A DNA stretch of 64,000 bases. It comes from Octopus sinensis (taxonomy: Eukaryota). The DNA lies in assembly GCF_006345805.1 (NCBI RefSeq), contig NC_043003.1, positions 47,058,001 through 47,122,000 on the forward strand, read 5' to 3'. Numbering within the stretch: the stretch's first letter is position 1; each line of letters begins with the position of its first letter. Below the pieces are notes generated by a model, which did no database searches, was not told the origin of the DNA, and was given only the letters and a program-made list of their open reading frames with translations. This document shows, piece by piece, positions 14,886 through 27,408 of the stretch. A program made the translations under genes and the position numbers.

Positions 14886-15125
14886 AAGGGGGTAAAGCAG
14901 CAGAAGGTAGAGAGCTGGGGGTAAATGACCAGCGGTAATGTCCGCGATGGCGTTGCTGTGGAGAATGGCCAGCGACATTCGTTTCAGCAGCCACTCCACC
15001 TCACAGGGCTCTTTTCTCTGACGGGCCGCCGTTATCCCCGTTTTCGCGGACGGGGTCCAAGAACTCCTGATGTCTCGATGACAACCGGCACAAACCGATA
15101 GCGGCCGATCAGGCCCCTGTATTTT
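14850..15125 (-). mobile_element. CRE-clade non-LTR retrotransposon 3' fragment with (TTTC)n tail
   Basis: Minus strand KYRGLIGRYRFVPVVIETSGVLGP...EVEWLLKRMSLAILHSNA parallels KYRDL..HHFQPVAFEMFGGTG...WLFQRFSLTIASGNA at 53.2-53.4 kb. Confidence 0.7.
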
Positions 15126-15354
15126 TATTTTTCCTCTCCTTCGTTGAGATCGATTTGCCTTTCATCTTTTCTGGGTCGATAAAACAATGTACCGGCCAAA
15201 TACTTACCCACTCCTTTGAAAATCGCTGACCTTATGCCAAAAATAAAACGAATTCTATTAAAGAACATATTTGACTGTAAGTGTTCTGGATGAAAAACCG
15301 AATATCTGTGATGAAACAACAACATACTACGTGGAACGAATAAATATTTCTTGA

Positions 15355-15815
15355 AATCTTGGAGAGAAGACGTGAGAAGTATGCAATAATATATATTTGG
15401 AAGATCCTGGAAGGAATTGTGCCAAATTTTGGCATTGAAAGCTACACCAATACCAGAACGGGACGACACTGCATGGTGCCAAAGATCCCAGCAATGCTAT
15501 CACGCTTCAGGACCAGTTACTGCAACAGCCTGGGTTTCAAGGACCCACAGCTTTTTAATATTCTCCCAAAGATTCTGAGGAACTTGCACAAAGTAGATGT
15601 AGAGGTTTTTAAATCAAAGCTGGACCTCTTCCTGTCGAGAGTCCCAGATGAGCCTACCTCACGGCAAGAGGTGCAAATGGGGGTAGCTATATCAAACTCC
15701 ATTCTTCATCAAGTGCCACATATTAGAGGAGGCTCCTAGTAATAACAGTGTGGCGCAAAACGGCGGTGCGTCAGCATGGCCGCAGCCCTGAGCTGAAACT
15801 TAAAAAAAAAAAAAA
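15355..15815 (+). mobile_element. CR1-group LINE 3' fragment (family L-a) with 3' UTR and poly(A)
   Basis: ORF LERRREKYAIIYIWKILEGIVPNFG...FKSKLDLFLSRVPDEP; ends GGCGGTGCGTCAGCATGGCCGCAG..CTGAAAC then A-run. Confidence 0.9.
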
Positions 15816-15924
15816 GCAATTCTTCTAAATTTTTCTCGTTCACTTGTATCGACTCGTTCATTATATATTCGGTGGGAATCAAAATAACAAAGTTTCATTC
15901 TTTTTTCTTTTCTCAATATTTCAG

Positions 15925-16021
15925 ATATGAACTTTGTTACGGTGATCTGAGTGCTACATATTTCTGCAGTTGGTTGTCTTCATTGAACGAACCGTCCACA
16001 TCTACCTATGTCAAACTGTAA
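15925..16021 (+). CDS. Probable terminal coding exon (YELCYGDLSATYFCSWLSSLNEPSTSTYVKL*)
   Basis: Long polypyrimidine tract and tatttcag| acceptor; phase 2; TAA at 16019-16021. Confidence 0.5.
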
Positions 16022-16193
16022 TGTCCACAGGAAGACATTTATTATTTTTTTTTTTCTGTTTACTTCTTTATTCACACCAACACACATTCCTTTAAGATGT
16101 CACCGGCAATATCTAGAAGATACTTATTAAGGATTATATAATCAAATAATCTGTTCAACACAGGATTAATACGTATATGTATGTGTAATACAC

Positions 16194-16258
<65 letters not shown>

Positions 16259-16298
16259 TATATATAGATATAGATATATATATGTATATATATATGCA

Positions 16299-16340
<42 letters not shown>

Positions 16341-16488
16341 TATACAAAACGAAAGTGTATATATATATATATATATATATACTTACATACCCAACTTATA
16401 TACACACCGACACACGTATATACAGCGCACACAAAGATATCTATATATATATATATATATATATATAGATATAGATATATATATATAT

Positions 16489-16520
<32 letters not shown>

Positions 16521-16709
16521 AAGAGAGAGAGTGAATGAGTGAGTGAGTGAGTGAGAGAGTATCAGTTTGACTCATCTCTACATGACTTATGAGATGTTCT
16601 ACGCGTTCGCGAAACTTGAAATTTTGTGGAGTTGAATCAAACTGTTATAAAAAAAAACATATGTAACTCCGACCTGAGAGCTACTTTCTTTCGTTTCTTC
16701 CCTCACTCG

Positions 16710-16795
<86 letters not shown>

Positions 16796-17048
16796 CGTAC
16801 ATACATGTATAATTGTGTGTATAAATGAACATTGGTATGAATGTCGGTATATAAGTACCTGTAAGAAGATTTCAAGTTCACGGATATTATTTTACATTAT
16901 ACTGTTTAATACGGCAAGAATTGTTTCAAGTGCCTGTCCTTCTTTCTTTTCTTTCCTTTTTTTTTCTCGGACTGTTCCTCAGTAATTTTCCCCAAGAATA
17001 ACAGACCATAAGACCTGATTTAAATGTGCTTGTACATATGTGCGTATG

Positions 17049-17082
<34 letters not shown>

Positions 17083-17561
17083 CAAAATAGGATAATTAGA
17101 ATAATTAATTAGAAGAACAAAACTTGATGAATACTTTGGTGTTCTAAATTTATAATTCCAAACTATATCTGAGCTATCATTAACCGTTCCTAGCTCCCTT
17201 ATCAATAAAATAAACACCTGTAATGCAGTTTCCATTCAGTCAACTTTACACCCTCCGTGCAATTGTATGTCTTGCTATAAAATAAATGATAAATTGGCCG
17301 ATGTTATAACATATAGAAAAAGGGTGGAGAATTAGTTTAATCTGTAGAGCGTCAGAGAAAATACACGCAGTTTTTAAAGACGGTTCTTTTCGTTCTAAGT
17401 TCAAATCCCAGCATGGTCTAATTTGCCTTTCATCGATTTGATGTTGGTAAAATAAAATATAATTCATGTAGAACGATTGATACAATCTGTTTCTTCCCAC
17501 AATACAATTTCTGACACTGAACCTATGTAAGAAACCATTACATCACATCAGAATAAAGCAT

Positions 17562-17610
<49 letters not shown>

Positions 17611-17836
17611 GAAATATGTTACGAAAAGAAAATATAAAATACACGTGGAAATGTAAGGGTAAAATATGAAAAATCAACGAAAATGCATATTGCAAATAGA
17701 AAAAGGCTATTTATGACAGGTAGTGACAATATATACATTTAGAGTGACTGAGGTAGTAATACGAGTCATAAATGTCATTATTAAGAGATGATTATAAGAT
17801 GATAATAAAGTAAGAGGACAAAACGGTATTATATAT

Positions 17837-17881
<45 letters not shown>

Positions 17882-18031
17882 TATATAATGTAGGATAAAA
17901 TTTTTCGAAAAAAATTCTATCAATGGCCAGCATATTAAAAAATACCTTTAAAGGTTAAATTTATAAACAATTACTTATAAATTATAATTAAATCCCAGAA
18001 TGAGATTGAAACAGTAATCGCTCGATAATGT

Positions 18032-18331
18032 AAAGTATAGAAGCCATCTTATCATGGCTAACCACATTGGGGAGGGGGTGTTACTGTAGCTTTATAGCCC
18101 CAAGGGATCTTCGTCTCTAGCTGGCTTTAGACACAATATCTGTGTCCTTGGAGTATTTGCAAAGGGATGCACTCAGGCTTGCGAGGAAGGGATGGCTTCC
18201 TTTGCAAATACTCCAAGGACACAGATATTGTGTCTAAAGCCAGCTAGAGACGAAGATCTCTTGGGGCTATAAAGCTACAGTAACACCCCCTCCCCAATGT
18301 GGTTAGCCACGATAAGATGGCTTCTATACTT
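18032..18331. repeat. Near-perfect long inverted repeat (~135-bp arms, ~32-nt loop)
   Basis: AAAGTATAGAAGCCATCTT...GTATTTGCAAAGG versus CCTTTGCAAATAC...AAGATGGCTTCTATACTTT. Confidence 0.95.
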
Positions 18332-18609
18332 TACAATACTTATAAATTGTTTATATATATATAACTTTTATAGGAAGAGCGTGACTTTGAACACTCGGCC
18401 AGAAAACCTCCTCAGACTATATTCAAGGATAAGCAGGCTCAAATGTCAACATCATCGTCACTCCTCTTTTTGTGAAAATTCCAGTTAACATGTACTCTAC
18501 TAAAAAGTATAAAGTTATTCTTCAGTTTAATGTTAAATTGTTTTTATATATAACTTGACATAAAAACAAGCATTAATATATCATATATATGCATCTCTGT
18601 ATAAATACG

Positions 18610-18640
<31 letters not shown>

Positions 18641-18734
18641 AAATACGTAGACACATATACACATATATGTATATACACATATATACATATATATATACAT
18701 ATACACATATATACTTATATATATACATATACAC

Positions 18735-18765
<31 letters not shown>

Positions 18766-18774
18766 ATATATATA

Positions 18775-18817
<43 letters not shown>

Positions 18818-18860
18818 ATATATTATATATATATATTATATATATATAATATATATATAC

Positions 18861-18904
<44 letters not shown>

Positions 18905-19337
18905 TTTTTGAATTTGAATTGCAAGATTCTTGATGTGAAATCGTGTTTTGAAATAGATTTTGATGTATCTTGGCGGGGTCATTACGACTATACGTGTGTG
19001 TGTGTGTCAGCGAGTGTGTATATACATTATATATATATATATATATGGCTAGATTACCGTATTGAATTAATTCTCCAGTGTTATAAGACAAAAACAAAAC
19101 ACAAGTATTATCAACAGCTATTAATTGACGACGGTGAAATTTGATCACACACACACACTCACATATACACGCGCGCGCGCACACATATATGCACACGGGC
19201 GCGCGCGCACACACACACACATACACACACACACACACAAATACATGCATGCATGCATACATACATACATACATACATACATACATACATACATACATAC
19301 ATACATACATCCATGCATGCATGCATACATGCATACA

Positions 19338-19368
<31 letters not shown>

Positions 19369-20089
19369 GTACGTACGTACATATATGAATATATACACAC
19401 ACACTTTCTAAAGATCACGTGCTCTCGCGCTAACAATTCAGACATTTTTTGCTTCGTATGTAATGTTAGCAGAGAGAGCGAGAATGTTGAAAATGACTGA
19501 GAAGACCGAAGAACATGCCAGAAAAAAATAACATCTTCTCGTTTCTTCTTCCTTGACTTGTTGGTCATAACTGAAGTCCTCACCGACTTTGTTTCCTCAT
19601 AACTTTCTGAAACATGCACAATATGTAATGTAATTTAGCAGAGAGATATATTTTTTTATGATGCAGATTATGATTATTTTTTTTTTTTATTTTACACTTG
19701 TTTCAGTCTTTGGACTACGGCCATGCTGGGGCACCGCCTTGAAGGATGTTAGTCAAACGAGTCGACCCCCCAGTAATTACCTCTTTTTTTTTCCAGCCAG
19801 ATAATTATTCTGTCGGTGTCTTGTACAACTAAGTTACGGAGACATAAACAAACTAACACCGGTTGTGAAGCGGTGGAAGGGTGGAGCAAATTTTGGATTA
19901 TTGTCTTTATGCCTTCCGAATTTGTTTCCCTCACAAGTTTCTTTCAAATGCAAAGTTTAAATGAAATTTTGCACATTTATACAGAAAAATATGTTTGTAG
20001 CAGATCAGACTCCGTAATACTGATGTTTCAAACGCATAGATTTGAAAATATAACTGACATTAAGAAACTCGCTTTCTAACTACGTCTTT

Positions 20090-20418
20090 TTTGGTTCAAT
20101 CCCTCTGTGCGGCACCTTGGGCAAGGGTCTTTTACTATAGCTCCGGGCCGACGAGCAGCGCCTTGTGAGTGAATTTACTAGGCGGCAACTATGTGAAAAG
20201 TCGTGTGTGTGTGTGTGTGCGCGCGCGCTCTTGTGTTGTCCCTCACCACCGCTTGACAACCGGTGTTGGTTTCTTTACTTCCTAGTAGTTTAGTGGTTTG
20301 GCAATAGAAACCGACGGAATAAGTACCAGACCTTAAAATATGAGTACTGTGGGTGATTTATTCGACTAAACCCTTCCGTCGGTGCTCTAGCATGACTGTA
20401 GTCCAATGAGTGAAACAA
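20090..20418 (+). mobile_element. SINE family B, diverged copy
   Basis: Head remnant, internal (TG)n, tail GGTGCTCTAGCATGACTGTAGTCCAATGAGTGAAACAA. Confidence 0.75.
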
Positions 20419-20547
20419 TATATATAACAAAAAAGAGAAAGGAAATGAAAATGCTAAATTGGTAGCAACAAAGTCAAGGTAGGGAGTGAGGAATTATCCC
20501 AAACTCTTCCAAAAGATTTTTCATAAACATTTATCAACATATATTTA

Positions 20548-21016
20548 GGCGCAGGAGTGGCTGTGTGGTAAGAAGTTTGCTTCCCAACCACATGGTTCTG
20601 GGTTCAGTCCCACCATGCAGTACCTTGGGCAGTTGTCCCCGAGTCAACCAAAGCCTTGTGAGTGGATTTAGTAGATAGAAACTGAAAGAAGCTTGTCATA
20701 CAGGTATATATATATATATATATATACATACATACATACATACATACATACATACATACATACATACATACATACATACATACATACATACATACGTGTG
20801 TGCGTGTGTGTGTCTTTATGTATGTGTTTGCCCCCACCATCACTTAGCAACCGATGTTGATGTGTTTATATCCCCGTAACTTAGTGGTTCGGCAAAAGAG
20901 CCCGGCAGCATAAGAACCAGGCGTTACAAAAAAAGAGAATAGCAAGTACAGCGGTCGACTAAAGATTTTTGAAGTGGTGCCCAAGCATGACCGCAGTCCA
21001 ATAACTGAAACAAGTA
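20548..21016 (+). mobile_element. SINE family B, full length, internal (TACA)n
   Basis: GGCGCAGGAGTGGCTGTGTGGTAAG head to GGTGCCCAAGCATGACCGCAGTCCAATAACTGAAACAAG tail. Confidence 0.9.
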
Positions 21017-21466
21017 AAATATAAAAGATATAGCAACGCTTAAAAACATATCTGCAAAGTTTCATTTTAAAATATGCCTTTTTCAAAAAAAACACAACTT
21101 ATTTGGAAGCAAAATCGGGATGCGGCACGAATCTATAATTATACCAGCTTGTTCATATATAATCCAACATCATAAATATTACTAAGTTGTTCCTGTCAGG
21201 AATGTAATGCACCATATTTGTTTTCTTCGGTTTAATGTTGTCATACACATCCATGGCTTCAATATTCAGTTTCCTCGAAATAAACCGACATATACTATAT
21301 ATTAAACATTGTTTATTTTTTATTTTTCTTCTTTATGTATCTAAAATATATTTAATATTTTAGTTTTTTTCTTGCTCTTCTTTCTATATTCATTATTCTT
21401 ATTCCTCTTAATTTTTGCTTGTCCTCTTCATCTATATAAATATATATTTGACACCAACAATTTTAG

Positions 21467-21502
21467 TCGAATATGTTGAATTAAATGTTTATAATGATGG
21501 TG
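21467..21502 (+). CDS. Candidate 36-bp phase 1-1 exon (EYVELNVYNDG)
   Basis: Pyrimidine-rich upstream region, ttttag| acceptor, consensus |gtgagt donor; gene context unclear. Confidence 0.3.
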
Positions 21503-21723
21503 GTGAGTCGAATGAACAAGAAACCACGCAGTTACCAAGTGTCGATCTTAACATAACCATGTCTTCGCTTATATTAAACACTGTACATTTCATATAGATT
21601 ATATATAAATTAAACAAGATATATTGTCTGGGGTGAGCAATGCGAGCGAACATTTCTACGAGGGGGTGTAGCGAAAGTAACTTTATTAGCTGACATAAGA
21701 CGTTCAAATTGCACATGTTGGTA

Positions 21724-22605
21724 CAGGGTGGGGCAGAGAGGACGGACGTCTTTGAAATGGCCATTACTCATCTCCGAAGAGAGAGAGACATATGTCCGGC
21801 TGGTGCCATTCGGTCCGTTGTGTCTTAGCATATTTTTTTTTCTTTTCAAGTAAAGCCATGGCGCTGTTGACGATAGAGCATCGTGTGTTTGCCTAGAGTC
21901 TGTTACAGCTGTTCAGCGTAAGTTTCAGCGCCACTTCAACATTCACCGAGAAAACTGCATGAAAGACCACTGCACAGCCCAAAAGTGACGGTCTGGTGTA
22001 CTGTTGGAAAAGCTGCCGTCATTGGTCCTTACTTTTTTGAAGACAATAATGGAAATACCGTTACTGTGAATTCCGAGCGTTATATCGAGATGATAAACAA
22101 CTTCTTTGTGCCTGAATTACGACGAAAACGTATGCCTATTCGCCGTGTGTGGTTTCAGCAGGATGGGGCAATGGCCCACACAGCCAGAGCACCAATGGAC
22201 GACCTTCGCCCTCTCTTCAGTGACCACTTCATTTCCAGGTTTGCTGACATTCCTTGGTCCCCTGATTTGTCCATGTGTGATTTATTTCTTGCGAGGGAAA
22301 CTTCAAGGCACGTGTGTATGCGCATACGCTCCGCTCCGTACATTGGACAATTTGAAGGAAATTATTCGCGTGGAAGTCGCCCAAATCGACAGAGCAATGC
22401 TGGAGAGAGTGGAGGCCAACTTCCAAGAACGCCTTCAGAAATGCACCAATGAAAACGGAAACCACATGATGGATGTTGTTTTCCACACTTGATTTTGACA
22501 AATGCTAATTCAATACGAATACATTATTGACAATAGAATTTGTTTGCAGCTAAAATGAATAATTTTGTAAATTTTTCAAAACGTCCATCCTTTTTCCTCA
22601 TCCCG
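21724..22605 (+). mobile_element. Tc1/mariner-superfamily DD41D (rosa/Visitor-type) transposon, internally deleted
   Basis: TA-flanked imperfect TIRs (CAGGGTGGGGCAGAGAGGACGGACGTCTTTGAAA and TTTCAAAACGTCCATCCTTTTTCCTCATCCCG); VWC..IGPYFF, FQQDGAMAHT and WSPDLSMCD motifs; D-D spacing 38, which becomes 41 if the missing PPR of WPPRSPDL is restored. Confidence 0.85.
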
Positions 22606-24787
22606 TACAATAATTCTTCCAGTACAAAGATACTTCTCAACATGGTCTCCATCACAAGCAATGCATTTGCACTATCGTGGAACTCAACAATAGAAACATC
22701 TTTGAAAAAATTAAAGTATGCACTGTTGTATCCAATTCTTCGTAGACACTTCTATCTCGTCTTTGTCATCAAAATCGTTGTGCCCGAACGCTGACCTTCG
22801 TTTGAATGACCAAATTGTAGTCCAGGGGCACCAGATCTAGGTAGATTGAAGACCACTGACCAGCTCACTTTACTGTGTGCCTGATTTGTTGCCAAAAGTG
22901 TGTGTGACGTGCATTGCGGATAGTTTTCAGATTTTTATTCAGTTTCTGTTTCTCTAATTAATGGTCTATGATTTTTGAGCGTCTCAATATACCGCTAGCT
23001 GTTCATCTTACAGCCACGTTCCAGAAAATGACAGAGAATGACGCCCTTATTATTTTTTGGTTGGAACCCTTTTATTTGCCGCCATTGAGTAACAGGAAGA
23101 AGAGTTACTCTACTTATATGTGTAATATATACGACCTCAGTCAGTTTACAGGAAAATTATGCTCACTTGTGCATTATTTTCAGCAGACTCACTTATCTTT
23201 TATTTTGGGTTGGGATTTCTTCATGCTTCCGGGGGGGGGGGATCCAACAGGCCTTCAGCCACTCCATTTCGGGGTGCACAACCAACAGTAACCTTTCTAT
23301 TTTTGAATTTTTTTTTCCAATTTTTTTTCTTTGAATTTCGGTTTACGGTTAGAGCTAAGGTTAAGACTTATGGTTAGCATTTAGGTTTATAGTCTACAGT
23401 TACACGAATAAGGAAAACAATTAAGAAGAATTAAACTTTTGAATTTCTGGTCCTTTTTCCGACAATCGTGGTCTCGAGGGTCTAAAACAGAAATCCGAAC
23501 AAACTATCAAATGGAATAAAAAGGTACTGGAGCGACGATGGTCATTGCAGAAGTTTGGCTATATTTCCTTTCTTTTATAGCGAGTTATTGAAACGCAGAC
23601 AAAATTAGAAGAAGCAGAAGAAGAAATGCAAAGTTAACTGTAGTGAGTTTTTTTTAACTCAGAGCGCAGAGAGCCGGAGCGAATACCACAAGGCATTTTA
23701 TCCGATGTTCAAATGACTATCATTTCGCATTTGATAAGCAATTAATGCAATATTTCTCTCAAGCGTAGACATTTCACCATTATTTAAATAAAATACCAGC
23801 AAAATACTGGGATCAATTTATATATTAAACTGTTCTTTTTCCGCGAATTCGTGGCTTAGCAGAATCGTTGGAGAGTCGCATGACATCTGTTGAAGACCTT
23901 TACGTTCTGGGTTCAAGTTACGCCGAGGTCAACAATACTTTTCTTCCCCCCGAAGGCAGGGATGATAAAAATAAAGTACCTGTCAAATACTGAGATTGAT
24001 ATAATCGACTTCCTTCCTCGAATTTTAACACATTCTATATATTTCATACATTTTAATACATTAATAATTTAATGTAATTAGAATGTAACATAACTGGAGT
24101 GAAAGATTAACAATAAAACCTCAATGTTTTGGGAAGTTTAACAAAAACGTGTACTAGAGAGTAAACGTTAACCATTAAAGAAAAATATAGATACTTAGTT
24201 ATTAGCAACGGAAGCACTACAGGTTCAAAATAGCATTTTGCCTATCTAACTTAGCGTGGATATAATATAGAAAACCAGAAGACCGCGGTATTCGTCTCGA
24301 GAAAACATCTTGTATAGACGTATAGTAGTAAAAAAAAAATGCAAAAGTATATCAATAGCAAACGGAAAGCATCCAGCAGCGATGTTGGAATTGCGAAATC
24401 CTGATTTCTGCTCCTCTGTGCGTCATCAGTAGCAATTATCTATTAACAATCACATGTTTAGACAAATGTAGCCTCTACGACAATAGAAAAACAGTGATTA
24501 ACAAATCCCTGGTGTCGCAATCCACGTTCAGTAAAACAGACAGAAGGCTATTTTGAATTAATTTTTACCTGTTTTTTACACACAATTTTGTGGCTTCCTA
24601 CTGTATATCTACGTTAATTAAGATATAAAGTATGTTATAGACACTTCAGAATAAGCGCCAATCAGCGTGACTTGTATTTGCTTTTGTTCGTTACCTTCTA
24701 AATTACCGTTGAGGTTAACTTTGCTTTTCATCCTTCTGTGGTTGATTTTTAAAAAAGCACCAGTCAAGATCTGACTTTGATTCAATC

Positions 24788-25086
24788 CAGTGCAACTCAA
24801 AGTCGTGGTCCGTGGATCGTTGCCGGTCCGCGAGCCATCAGCTGCCGGTATGCGACAAGTTTCCAGAAAAGAAAGAAACTTTATAACATGCTTATAAAAC
24901 GCTTATGTAATATCGTATTATTTGTTTACAAAATAAATATAAGATAAAAAAATTGTCAACTTTTATTATATTTATTATATATATTGTTTCCAGTATAAAT
25001 TAATATTATTAAGAAATATTACCGGTCCGTGGCACATTGGGAAAAAAACTGACGGTATGCCACATCAGATAGTTTGAAAAGGACTG
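24788..25086. mobile_element. hAT (Charlie-like) MITE inserted into a SINE family C remnant
   Basis: Ends CAGTGCAACTCAAA and TTTGAAAAGGACTG; 8-bp TSD ATTCAATC / ATTTAATC. Confidence 0.8.
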
Positions 25087-25436
25087 ATTTAATCGACAAA
25101 ACTCTAGCACAAAAATAAATCAACATCATTTAGCAGCCTAAATTAGAACCAGTTGTTCTACGGGAGACAACTCCTATATACTGTTTTATTTTGTAATTAC
25201 AAACATGAAATGAAGATGGGTGCAAGCTAACGATGAGCCAACAAAGGAGCTTCTGAACAGTTGTTTGACTTGCTAAAAATAGCTCTCCAATCTTCCTCAC
25301 ATCATACTAAACTGTCTTATAAAGAGGATATATCAAGTAGTATAATTCTCGATGCAGTATCTGCACAAAAAGGAAAATTGTGTTATTCATTCAACATATA
25401 CCAAGTCCATAACAAATTTATTAAATATGTGTATTA

Positions 25437-25770
25437 CATGGCACTCCGTCGATTACAACGACGAGTGTTCCAATTGATCCGATCAACGGAACATCCTGCT
25501 CGTGAAATTAACGTGCAAGTGGCTGAGCACTCCACAGACACGTGTAGTACCCTTAACGTAGTTCTCGGGGAGATTCAGCATGACACAGAGTGGGACATTG
25601 TTGCACTCTGAAGTACGGGTACAACAAAAACAGGAAGAAAGAGTGAGAGAAAATTGTGGTGAAAGAGTACAGCAGGGTTCACCACCTCCCCCGCACGGTC
25701 TTATGAATCGAAACCGCGATCCTAAGACCGCGAGATAGCTGCCCTAACCACTGGGCCATCGCACCTCCAC
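25437..25770 (-). mobile_element. SINE family A head with tail type c
   Basis: Reverse complement head GTGGAGGTGCGATGGCCCAGTGGTTAGGGCAG; tail differs from types a and b. Confidence 0.8.
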
Positions 25771-26434
25771 GAAAAATATGTGTATACAATCTTTTTATAT
25801 CACTGTATCAACCAGACTATCGGGTGTGATTTTACACCGTTAGTCACAATGCACTTTCTCGCATTATTGTAGCAGCCAGGCCTCTGGCTATGTGAATAGG
25901 CCAACTGGATATTTACTAAAGCTAAAAAATAACTCGTAATCTTTATTATACTTGTTGATACCCTGTAAAGAGATCTACTTCACTTTCGTAAATGTACCTT
26001 AAATCTTGATATAATGCACAACAGAATATACCGTTTGTTTTGTTTTCTTTTTGTTTGTTTTTTGGGGGGTAGCCATTTTTAAGTATTACGGTGATTGTAA
26101 TGTACTACAGAACATATCTATAGATTTTTAGTCCAGCACTACAAATTAGATGTTTGTAAACACTTCGTCTTTGCAATATGTCTGTTATGAGAAGGTCCCC
26201 ACGCCCTTCTCACAGTTGATTATAGCAGGATTTCAACCCAGACTAGACCTGTTATTAAATACATTTCAGGGGAAAAAATATTAAAATTATAAATTCAAAA
26301 GCAATAGAATCAATACTGAATACTGATATAAAGCCAAATGTATAATTTTTTTCAAATTTTGTATTTGAAGTAACTCTGCAATGTTAATATTATCAATGTC
26401 ACATAATGCAAACAAAAATGGTAAAAAGACCACC

Positions 26435-26762
26435 CTTTGGTCACGACTCACCATGGGATTGCACCTAGAAAGTTACCCTCCCCAGGTACAAGTCCGGGCA
26501 AGATTGTTTATGGAAGACCGGCAGTTACCCATGCATACTAGCCTCTCCTCTCCACACCACCGATGTTATCCAAGGGAAAGGCAAAAGCCGATACAGCTTG
26601 GTATCAGTGACACCGCAATTCATTTCTACAGCTGAGTGAACTGGAGCAACGTGAAATAAAGTGTCGGGCTCAAGAACGCAACACACAGCCCGGTCCGGGA
26701 ATCGAACTCACCACCTTATTATTGTGAGCCCGGCGCTCTAACTACGGAGCCATGCGCTTTCA
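26435..26762 (-). mobile_element. tRNA-derived SINE family D (CORE-like TTGAGC...ACACTTTATTTCAC..CACTCAGCTG)
   Basis: Reverse complement aligns with 31970-32275. Confidence 0.85.
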
Positions 26763-26954
26763 TAACATACTTAATGTATGTACATCAACTCACATGCATG
26801 CTTAATGTATGTGTATTGTTAAACGCTTTTAGGCTGCAGTATTTTGATCAGGCGAGGTTCCTTTAAAGGTGTGGAGTGTTAAAAAAAAAAGCAAAACACT
26901 CCGGAAGTGAACGAGAACAACAGATAACAGTTATTCCTGCTCACATATATATAA

Positions 26955-27408
26955 GGACAAGATCGCTAATTTGAATTAAATACCGATCTTATCAAATGGC
27001 CAGCATGGAAATAAAAACCTTCAAAGGTAATAATTATTATTAAAATTATAATTTAAGCTATCTAAGATATACAGCCAAGATCTGAGATTCGAACCCGTGA
27101 TCTCTCGACTGCAAGTCCGCTGCCCTAACCACTTAGCCATGTACCTTCATAATGACATTGAATAGTTATTTATTCTAGATCCTCTTGGTTATTGTATTTT
27201 CCAGCTTTTTTTTTTTTTATATTGTTAATCTACTATTATAATTCCATTTGTATTTTCGAAGCTTTATAAAAATGCGTTAAACTTTGCTAACAACAGGTTG
27301 TCATCAACACATTAACAGCACAAGGAGAGAAGACAAAACGACAAAATAAAACTAGTAAAAAATTTCAGCTTGGCGGTATCTCTTAGATACCCTAAATTAT
27401 AATTTTAT
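26955..27408 (-). mobile_element. tRNA-headed element with AT-rich tail ending in (TA)n, plus ~48-bp inverted arms
   Basis: Minus-strand head TGGCTAAGTGGTTAGGGCAGCGGAC...GGTTCGAATC at ~27085-27145; 27041-27089 is inverted relative to 27361-27408; tail homologous to 17892-18022. Confidence 0.55.

Noticed and set aside
18573-19619. Longest ORF in the track (348 aa) and the many [16 protein letters not shown] ORFs
   Set aside because: Translations of stop-free microsatellites; no domain content
21150-21295. Minus-strand open frame ICRFISRKLNIEAMDVYDNIKP...
   Set aside because: Weak acceptor and no partner exons found on the minus strand; cannot be supported
23340-23390. Telomere-like GGTTAG repeats
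   Set aside because: Short and degenerate; more likely an internal repeat of a small transposon
23581-23642. Exon-like coiled-coil peptide RVIETQTKLEEAEEEMQS with good splice signals
   Set aside because: Its 3' part and the donor belong to a decayed minus-strand SINE C, and there is an in-frame stop
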